From: Eledone cirrhosa
Taxonomy: Eukaryota
DNA length: 64,000 nucleotides
Direction of reading: 5' to 3'
NCBI GenBank assembly: GCA_964016885.1
Contig: OZ024742.1
Location: 240,250,001 to 240,314,000 of the forward strand
The position numbers were made by a program, and so were the translations under genes. The notes beneath the pieces are model-generated. The model saw only the letters and a list, made by a program, of their open reading frames with translations. It did not search any database and was not told the origin of the DNA. Of the stretch, positions 54,557-64,000 are shown piece by piece. How positions within the stretch are numbered: the stretch's first letter is position 1; each line of letters starts with the position of its first letter.

Positions 54557-54602
54557 ATATATATATATAGAAACAATTATTATATATATATCATGATATC
54601 AT

Positions 54603-54987
54603 GGAGGCACATGGCTTAGTGGTTAGAGCATTGGTCTTGCAATCAAAAGGTTGTGAGTTCAATTCTCAGACCAGGTGATGTGTTGTTTCCTTGAGCAAAG
54701 CACATTGCTCCAGTTTACTCAGCTGTAGATATTATAGGGACTGGAGTCCCTATCATTCCACTGCAAAGTGGTCGTGGAGATGCCACGGCAAAAAAGTACC
54801 CAGCCCACACTGTAAAGTGGACATGTAGGCGCCACGGAAAAAAAAGCACCCAGCACTCACTGTAAATGAGGTTGGTGTTAGGAAGGGCATCCAACTGTAG
54901 AAATCAAGCCAGAATCAGTTCCAGTCCCACCACCCTTGCAAGCAGGAGGGAAAAGCGGACGTAAAATGAAATGAATGATGATGATGA

Positions 54988-54990
<3 letters not shown>
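54603..54990 (+). mobile_element. tRNA-head SINE with an RTE-derived 3' tail
   Basis: tggcttagtggttag (A box), gagttcaattctc (B box), tccttgagcaa..ttgctccagtttactcagctg; then the RTE 3' UTR as at 8900-9045 and (GAT)n. Confidence 0.82.
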
Positions 54991-55029
<39 letters not shown>

Positions 55030-55102
55030 ATTATGTATATACATATTTATATATGTGTGTTTATTCCTACCTATTTATATGTATGTGTTATTAATATTTC
55101 AG

Positions 55103-55228
55103 TTATCGCCAATGCTTTGACCTCGAAGGGGAATCGGGAATTGTTGTTCGTGCTATTGGGACAGCTGTTACATTATCAAAATCTTTAATTCTATCTACAT
55201 CTCCCATGGGGCTTTCACCTTTCAAAGA
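55103..55228 (+). CDS. C2CD5: C2CD5 coding exon 8 (gene continues downstream)
   Basis: tttcag|YRQCFDLEGESGIVVRAIGTAVTLSKSLILSTSPMGLSPFK|gtaagt; phase 2-2. Confidence 0.93.
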
Positions 55229-55829
55229 GTAAGTCATTTGGACATTTTGAAAACATTATTTGAAATTATATTAAATTCATGTTTGTTTGCTTTTGTTTTC
55301 TACCTTTACAATTTTTTTTTCATTTCTTCTTACTGTTTACTCTTAACATCCTGTATCACAATAAACCACATTAACAAGACATTCTTGGAGGGTGTGCAAA
55401 AACGAAAACGACCATCAATTCACCATCAAATGTGACAATTGGCTGTACACATCAGCACTATGACTGCATCACACTAAAAATTAAAATCTTTACCTTAAAA
55501 TTACAAATTTTCACAATTATCTGTCCACTAGTGAAGATACTATAAATATTTAAATTAACAAACCACATTAGAAAGACATTCTTGAAAAGTACAAAACTGC
55601 AGTGTGGCTTCATCACATTAAAAATTAGTCTTTACTCTAATACTGCAAATTTTCACAATGATTTGTGTTGTCCAACAGTTAAGACACTACAAACATTTGA
55701 ATTAACAAACTCACTTTTAGATATTTTCTGCTAACTCATTACAGGATGTTAAGAGGCTAGGTGGTACATTGTTAGAATCATTAGAACATCAAAGAAAATG
55801 CTTTGTAGCATTTGTTTTGACTCTTACAA

Positions 55830-56245
55830 TATCTAGAATAAGATAACCTTTATTATAAAAAAATATATAATTGTCAAATTTTTTAGACTCATTCTCTTTT
55901 ATATACACATATATACACCAGGTCCAAACACAAAAGGATCAAACTCTCAGTCATTGCCTCCGTCCCTCCTGCTCTCCCCATCTCTCACTATTGTGAGCAA
56001 ATGGGAGCCCATGCACTGGCTGCTCTGCCAGGCCTGGCGGACAGAATAGTGAAGGCATTTCCCTGGAAGATGTTGAGGGAGTCATGCTGGCAGAGCCATT
56101 CCAGCTCGCGAGGCTCACACCTGCAGGTAGTCAACACTGCTGATGGTGGTGAGCAGGGAAGTAGCCCTAGAATCAAGGACACCAGAAGTTTCCACTACCA
56201 CGGGCTCGACCACAGATCTGTTGGAGAGTGACCGATATTTGGACA
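55830..56245 (-). mobile_element. 3' fragment of a CRE-clade (RLE-type) non-LTR retrotransposon inserted in a SINE
   Basis: VEPVVVETSGVLDSRATSLL / frameshift / EPRELEWLCQHDSLNIFQGNAFTILS resembles the CRE C-terminal motif P(I/V)AVETxG..EPRE..LxQRLSxAxQRGNA; flanked by a ttgactctt direct repeat. Confidence 0.7.
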
Positions 56246-59200
56246 GTTGACTCTTTATATTCTGAGTTCAAATTCTGCTATGGTCAACTTTGCTTTTCAT
56301 CCTTCTGTGCATTGATAAAACAAAATGACTCGTGATGTAATCAACTTTCCACTTCCCACAAAATTATTAGCTTTGTTCCTAAAATTAGAAACCATTATTA
56401 TTATTGTTATTTTATTTATTTATAAGCAAATCAATGGAAGTTTTAATTAGAAGTATACTTTATTGAAATATTTGTCAGAAATGTTTAGCCATAAAGCACT
56501 AAATTTTCTAGTCAATCACTGTACTGGGGCAGTGATCAATTTATTGTGATATCGGAATCCTTTTTATATTTTGGAAAATATATCTACTTTAGATTTAGAT
56601 TACAAACATATTGAGTCAACCATTATTTATCCAGTTATTCTAAATATCCCTATGTTCATTTATAACTTTCTTTTATTTATTTGAATATATTTTTCAGTTT
56701 TGTTAAATAGTTTTTTCAGTACCTCAAAACAGTTATTTAGTTTTCATTTTATGTAATCAAGATTTAGTGTAACACATTTTTATTAACTTTTAAACATCCT
56801 GTAGTGCATGAAACCACATTGGCAAGGTATTCTTGAAAAGTTCAAAACTGCACTGTTGCTGCTTCACATAAAAATTAACATCTTTAATTTACTATAAATT
56901 TTCACGAGCTGTCATTTAGTAAAGATATTATAAACATTTCAATTAACAAAGTCATATTTTGATATTTTTTGCTAAATCATTACGGGATGTTAAAAGTTAA
57001 TAGAAAAAATGGAAAAAAATAACTGTTTACCAAACATAAATGTTTTATTTATTTATTTAAAATAATCTCCTACAAGCTTTTTAATCAAGAAATGCTTCCA
57101 GAAATATTATACTGACCTAAATTGATTATTGCTTAAGGGAATTTGCTTATCTCATTCCCTCCTTACAATGCCTGCTTTTACTCCTATCTTCCTCCTTTTG
57201 TTTTGAATGCTTTCTCTCCTTTATCGAGTCTCTTCTCCTGTCCATTTGCTGAGAACATCGGTGTTATTTTCACATGCAATTAACCTCATCTTGTAAGTTT
57301 ACATTGTGTGTCAAATAATACATGCTTACATGGTAAATTATGATTAAAAAGATCATGGTACCTGCCTCAAAGGTTTGTTGAGAGGATTCTTCAGTTGTGT
57401 CAAGGATACAATAATCTCTCTAGTGTTGGTGACATGATTAAATGCACCCAGTACACTCTGTAAACTAGTTGGTAATAGGGAGGACACCCAGCAGTAGAAA
57501 ACTTGCCAAGAGTTGAGAGAACTCCTTAGTTGTGTCAAAGACATGACAACCTCCATAATGCTAGTGCCATGATAAAACGCACACTGTAAAGTATGGCTTC
57601 ATATATGAGATACATCCCCTTTGCCAATTTGATAGTCGGTTGGCTCCAGCTAAGTATTGGCTGTTATTTTTTAAATTAAAAAAAATCTGTTTTTATCATA
57701 TGTAATATTTGATTAACTAGTGGACTTGTACTGTCAATAATGACAGCAATAGCATTGAATGTATGTAATTTTTGAAGTCCAGGGTTGTGATGTCATATAT
57801 ACCAGGATTACTGGATATGTGAACATTCATACAGACTGAGGAATTTGTGTTTTGATAAATTAATGGTTTGAGTGATGTTGATGATTACATGAATGTTCAC
57901 TATGTAATATACAAAAGGCATGAGTAACTTTGGAGAAATAACTATTTATTGGGACAAATGTTGAGTTAGAATTGATGAGCTTGTCTGGAAAGCGAATTTA
58001 TTGTAGCAACATGACTGAGAAAAAAAATGTATTGTGTATGTGTGTGTGTATGCAAATTTTTAAGAGTTACAGACAGAAATATATATAAATAAATATACAA
58101 ACACACATGGCATATTATTATGGTTGATAAGTAAACATCCTATCATTTCCTTTGTTCATATTGGCAGAGTTGTTAGAATGGTAAATAGAATGCCTTGGCG
58201 TATTCCTTCTGGCTCCCTGTACTCCGAGTTCAAATATTGTCACAGCTAACTTTGCCTTTCGTGCTTTTGAGATCAATAAAGTAATCAGTCCATTTTATCC
58301 TTGAGCAAGTTATTTTATCTCACATTCTTTCAGTCCATTCAATCGAAAAAAAAAAAAAATGAGCTGTACCCCTGTAATTCAAAAGGCCAGCCTTGTCACA
58401 TTCTATGTCAGGCATGTCAAACTGAGGGTCCTCCAAGAGCCACATGGGTCACATGTGTTGTCTGAGGGCCACACTTGACAACTAATTGCGCACATTACAA
58501 CTAATGTTTTTATTATTTTATATTACGCTCACGCTGTAAAAACCTTTGTGCAAGTCGCAAGTGTGCTTGTAAAGGGCCACATCCTGAATCTCCAAAAGAA
58601 CTACATTCAAGGTAGCCCTGCCTGTGTTATACTCAGCCACTTGTTAATTTTATGTGCAGGCTGTTCTGTTGATCAAACAACTGAAGTGCTTGTTGTTGTA
58701 ATTGATGGAGGTCCAACATACATACACACATACAACTCTATACATTGCTTTGACCCTATTTATTATTTAATCAATTTAGACGTCTGTATAGAACTGGTAA
58801 GCCATGACAGACTGAGAAAGGTATCTAATGCTCCTTATGAATAAGAAATTAAAATAAGAAATAGAAGGGGGAAAATAAAGACAGCTAGAGAGCGTCTAAA
58901 TGTTTCTGTGGAATCTTTTCATAGTCTCTATCAGTTGAAAAACCGTATTAATGGTTGGTAAAGCCTTAAAAGTAGAAAAATGGTAAGAAAAATGCATTGT
59001 ACTGCATCCAGCGTTGAGGTCAATGGGCATGTCTGGGCTGGATTCACAATTCACAACATCATATTCACCTAATTTCACACTGTTGTACTGGAGTTTCATC
59101 GCCTACATTGGTGAGTGGCCCTGAGTAGCTCTAGTCTCATAGCAAAGGAATAGGCCCAAAGCACCTATAGAGTTACATGACTGCTTGATGAGGCATAGAT

Positions 59201-59961
59201 TCCTGCATTTGGGGATGGAGTACAGTAGCACACTCAGCACACATGTGTTTACTTCAAGTATTTGTACCTCTGCTCATTACAATATTTCTATAAAAAAAAG
59301 ACACTGCCTATGATATTCAAATATATTGGAATATAATGACAAATTTGAACAGTTTTCTCATTATTAAGCTGTTGCTTCTAACATAACTTAACACGGATTC
59401 TTACATAAAATTATGATGGAAAGCTTTTAAATAAATAAAAGCATTTCAAAATATAGAACTCAGTATCATAGAGCCAGGGTTGGTTTTAGGCAGTTTGGTC
59501 TCATATGGGTTAACACTAATTTTGGCAAATAAAAACTACCTAGATGTTTGTCTCTGTCTGTTTCTCTTTCTGCTGGAAGGCTTTTAGATAAATACAAGCA
59601 TTTCAAAATATAGAACTCATTATTATAGAACCAGGGTCAATTTCAGGTAGTTTGGTCTTATATAGGTTAAGACCAGTTTTGACAAACAAAAACTTCTTAG
59701 ATGTCTGTGTCTCTGTCTGTTTCTGCTCTCTCTCATCTCCCACATCTCTACCATATATTCTCCTTTCCTCTCTTGTTAGAACTGAAAATATTGGAAAAGC
59801 TGACCTCTTTCCTTAAAGGTCAGTAGGTTTGGCCATGGTGATATTTGATTTGGCTAACAACAATTGATTACAAACAGGAATGGGGCCCCACCTCCCTGTA
59901 AAATTATAACCTGTCTGTTAAGTTTGTTGAAGCAAGGGGTGTGTGTGTATATATATATATA

Positions 59962-59998
<37 letters not shown>

Positions 59999-60073
59999 CA
60001 AAGCGGATGTATGATGATGATGATGATCATCATCATCATCATCATCATCATTTTACATCCACTTTTCCCTGCT

Positions 60074-60120
<47 letters not shown>

Positions 60121-60928
60121 ATGTATGGGTGTGTGTGTGTATATATATATGTATATATATATATATATATACATTCACACACACACAAAGAAGAAAATGG
60201 TTACCAGGGTGGCAGCTATCAATAAATATCAGATCTATAAAAATAATGTTAATAATAATAATAGTATGAGAAGAGAGAAAAAAAATGAAGAAATGCATCC
60301 TCCTTTATTGATAATTCCATTCTGTAGAAGAATACTTTCAATATATATATATATATCTATATATATATATATATATATATATAGTTATTATTATTTATTT
60401 ATTGATTTAGGAGCTGAAATCATTAAGTCTTTCATGTGAAGAGAAACATGGCTAGATCAAAAATAGATTTTATATGATGTATCTAATTTTTCCTATTTAA
60501 TCCTCATTAAAATGTATGTTTGACTGGGCATGTGTGTGTGTAAGTGGATGTGGGTGTCTATGTGTATCTGTATGCATACATAGATATTTGTTGGTGTGTG
60601 TGTGGGGGGGGGGGTATATGAGAGGGAGAAAAAGACTGTCTATGGAGTTCAAATGAACTCACAAAACTAATGCTGTATGAGTATTTGTGTATGCATATAT
60701 ATGTATATGTGTGTTTGTAAGTATATATTTGTATATGTGCATTTATATATGTACATGTGTGTGTATATATGTATATATACATACATATACACATGTGTGT
60801 GTATGTATATATATATATATATATATTTATATATTAGAAAGGATGTATAAAATACCACAGTACTTAAAACATTTACATTAACTAAATGAGCATCAATACA
60901 TGTAAGTAGAGTGTAAATTTTATTTTCC

Positions 60929-61242
60929 GAGTTGAGAAAGAAACTGGGTATAAGAGGGATAAGTTGTGGTGTGCAGGAGAGAAGGCTGAGATGGTATTGA
61001 CATGTGATGCGCATGGAGGATGACTGCTGGGTAAAGAAGTGCCAAGAAATGCCAGTTGAAGGAAGACGCAGTAGAGGTAGACCACGTAAAACATGGGCGG
61101 AGGTGGTGAGAGCAGACCTCAGATCGCTGAAACTCACGGAGGAGATGACGAAGGACCTTGACAAGTGGAGAGATGCTGTGCTGAATAGGACCTGTTCAAC
61201 CCTTGCAAGCAGGGAAAAGTGGACGTAAAATGAGGATGATGA
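60929..61242 (+). mobile_element. RTE 3' fragment (same subfamily as 1571-2164)
   Basis: MRMEDDCWVKKCQEMPVEGRRSRGRPRKTWAEVV. Confidence 0.88.
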
Positions 61243-61990
61243 AAAGTGTTAGTGACTTTGAAGTGCTCGACCAACATGCTAAACTAGAACATTGGGATTC
61301 ACTGGAAAATATTGGGATTAAAATCTTATCCACACAGGGTTGATGCAATGCTCAGAAAGATTAAGGAAACCTCCCATATAGCAGAATCTAAACGCCACCT
61401 TCAATAGAATGCAAAAATGGAATTGTAACAACTCCACGATCTAGTGAATGGTGGATGACAAAAAAAAATTTCATAACATATATGAATAGGTACTCAGGAG
61501 TGCACAGACCAACAGCGAAATGCATAAAGATGTGAACAAGTTTATACACATGCAAATATCTATATATGTGAGGACATATGAAAGCTGGTGGCAAGTCACC
61601 ACTGTCTATACAAATACACAATATAAGCAGATAGGTGTAATAAAGACAAACACATATGGGAACACTCATGCATGTATATATCCCACATACACCCCAGAAA
61701 AACAAAGAGAAAAGAAAAACATTGAGTAACTGAAACAAAATCAAAACAAGAAACAGACACAGAGGGCCAAAAATGTCATTGAGTAGGTCACTGATTAATC
61801 AATTGTTTGTTAAACCAACCAATGAATGGGCTTGTTACCTGATTAATAATAAAAACCAAAGTGAAACTCAACTGGTGTGTGGGTGGGTTTTATTGGTAAC
61901 ATCGCCTATCAAATCATAACAAAATATGTTTCAACACAATTTTGCATCAAGAGTCTTGCAAAACAAATACAAAATGAAGTGTGTGTATGT

Positions 61991-62665
61991 ATCATCATCA
62001 TCATCATCATCAACGTTTAACGTCCGTGTTCCACGCTTGCATGGGTTTGGACGGGGGTAGTCCCACTTGAGGCAAGAGTGATTGTCTTGCTCGCATAGGA
62101 CTGTCTGGCAGGTTTTCTACAGGTGGATGCCCTTCCTAACACCAACCACATTTACAGTGTGGGTCTGGGAGGTTTTTACCGTGTTGCCTTCACGGCCACA
62201 TTACAGCGTGGACTGTGTGTTTTTTTGTCGTGACACCTACACGATCTCATTTGTTTCGGCCTGGATGGCGCGGCACCAACATAACTTTACATAGAACGGG
62301 GTGGTATGGATTGGGTGGGGGTGGTGGCGGGACGGGGTGTATTTTGTTAGAGATGCCTACTGGCAAGGCGGGTCTTCTCTGTTACTGAGTACCGCCAAAG
62401 GTCACGGTCCAGTGACATTGTCTTGGAGAGGTGTAAGTGTGTGAGGTCGGAGTTTATCAGCTCGTCCCAGGTTTTTCTAGGTCTGCCTATTCCGTGACTA
62501 CCGTCTATCTTTATTGCCCTGCACTTTGTTATACAGCTATCGACTTTCATGCGCATCACGTGTCCATACCAACGTAGCCTTCTCTCGAGTAAACAACATC
62601 TGATCCCTCTTATCTCTAATTTTTTCCTTAGTTCGTTTATGCTTTGCCGTTCACGTATATTACTG
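61991..62665 (-). mobile_element. 5'-truncated RTE copy nearly identical to 44188-44865
   Basis: Same C-terminal peptide ..SVTEKTRLASRHL* and same 3' UTR. Confidence 0.92.
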
Positions 62666-62689
62666 TATATATATATATATACACATATA

Positions 62690-62790
62690 GAGGGTGTCCC
62701 CCCAAAATGTATACATACTTTGATTACCTGTACAGGCAATATTTATTAGAATGCCATTGAAGTGTGTATACATTTTTGGGAGACACCCTG
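62690..62790. mobile_element. Tc1/mariner-type MITE (~30 bp TIRs)
   Basis: (g)agggtgtccccccaaaatgtatacatactt vs aagtgtgtatacatttttgggagacaccctg. Confidence 0.7.
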
Positions 62791-63429
62791 TGTGTGAGTG
62801 TGTGTGAGAGAGAGAGAGAATCATATATACAGGAATACACAGATCTGTTTGTGTGTAAGTATATATTTAAGTCTGCATTTTTTGTACACCATTTTATCAT
62901 GGTACCAACATTACAATTTTATGAAGTGGACTGGGTGCATTTTATCATGGCACTGTTTTCATTTAGTGACTGCTATAACATTTAAAGTTACTCAATTAGT
63001 AGAGTTGTTAGAATGTTGGATAGAATGTTTTGTGGTTTTTGTTCTGGTTCTCTGTGCTCTGAGTTCAAATCCCACTGCAGTCAATTTTTACCTTTCACCC
63101 TTTCAATATCAATAAATTAAGTACCAGTCATATACTGAGGGTCTATTTTTTCCCCCTCTATCTCTCTTCATCACTTTCTCTCACTCTCTACTTTTTGCTG
63201 AAGGAAATCAGTTGTATTCCGACCTGGGGAGGGATGGGGTGTACTAGGTTTATAATACCCAAGACATGTGTATTAGGATGGTGCTCATACAACTCTATCA
63301 GGATTTAAGAGCCCTTTACCATTGTTTTTTTCTTCATCTTCTTCACCCAGAGGGTTGTGTGGGCAGAATCCTCAGATACCTTTTCCAGGAGGTTATATCA
63401 GAAGCAACCACCTCCAAGCGAGATGATGG

Positions 63430-63640
63430 AAATAGAACTAGTGATGAGTGTTGTGAAGAGAAATGAAATGAGATGTTTGGGTCATGCGTTGAGGAAGGAT
63501 GAAAGTGACTGGGTGAGAGAAATAATGGAAATGAATGGAGAGAGAAGTAGAGGAAGGTGAAGATAAAGAAAGATATAGCTGGGGTTTATGGAGGAGCAAA
63601 TGAAAATCTGGGTTTTGTCGAAACAGGGATGCTGCCAATA
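63430..63640 (+). mobile_element. Highly decayed RTE-like C-terminal fragment
   Basis: VVKRNEMRCLGHALRKDESDWVREIMEMNGERSRGR. Confidence 0.6.
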
Positions 63641-64000
63641 GGGAAAAGCGGAGAAGCTTGTCATGGGGCCTGCATTGCTAACTTCTACTTTAGCAAGGAA
63701 AATGGCCTTAAAATGTTTGTTGTTGTTGGGTGTTGCGGTTTTGAGAGGGGCCCATATAAACCTGACTAATTTCCTCTCCCCATAGCATTCATTTTACTTT
63801 ATTGGTTCTTGCTAATGCAAATCATATGATTTCCAAAAATCTATTAGACAAAAGAATACAAATGAGGAATAGTGAAGCCATAATAATAATACTGATGCTT
63901 AAGGTATGATAAGAGAAGGAAAGATTAAACTGAACTCTATATCATTATTGGTAACAGACATCATTATCACCATCATCATTGCCATAACTATCATCGCCAT

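Noticed and set aside
54603-54680. tRNA genes at SINE heads (also ~29615, 32891, 42630)
   Set aside because: A/B boxes are present but the cloverleaf is degenerate and followed by SINE body sequence.
57225-57292. Possible C2CD5 exon 9 (polypyrimidine tract, AG at ~57228, GTAAGT at 57293)
   Set aside because: The required phase hits TAA before the strong donor, and the peptide has no recognisable C2CD5 similarity.
58409-58620. hAT-type MITE starting caggcatgtcaaac
   Set aside because: No convincing matching right TIR or 8-bp TSD could be found.

Overview
Eukaryotic, AT-rich, repeat-dense genomic DNA. The SINE, LINE and MITE repertoire and the (TA)n load suggest an octopod cephalopod (inference). 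1-20 kb is a chain of very long, strand-polarised (TA)n/TAAA arrays hosting serial retroelement insertions: a near-complete RTE LINE with one premature TGA, a decayed full-length Penelope-like element (PLE; RT plus C-terminal GIY-YIG, Hydra-clade-like), a CR1-group RT fragment and several short non-coding modules. 37.5-55.2 kb holds eight + strand coding exons of C2CD5 (KIAA0528/CDP138); the gene continues past the last exon I can recognise. Its introns contain an intact 1042-codon RTE ORF, a CR1-group element, a CRE-clade 3' fragment, tRNA-derived SINEs and MITEs. The most interesting signal is absent from the ORF track: five sequence-unrelated, complete type-I hammerhead ribozyme folds and about seven asymmetric 'hairpin plus tail' modules, all docked in (TA)n. 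One 46-bp footprint consists only of the two termini of the full PLE. Together these point to a (TA)n-targeting PLE/retrozyme-like system with two-ended priming. The long YIYIYI ORFs are microsatellite artefacts.
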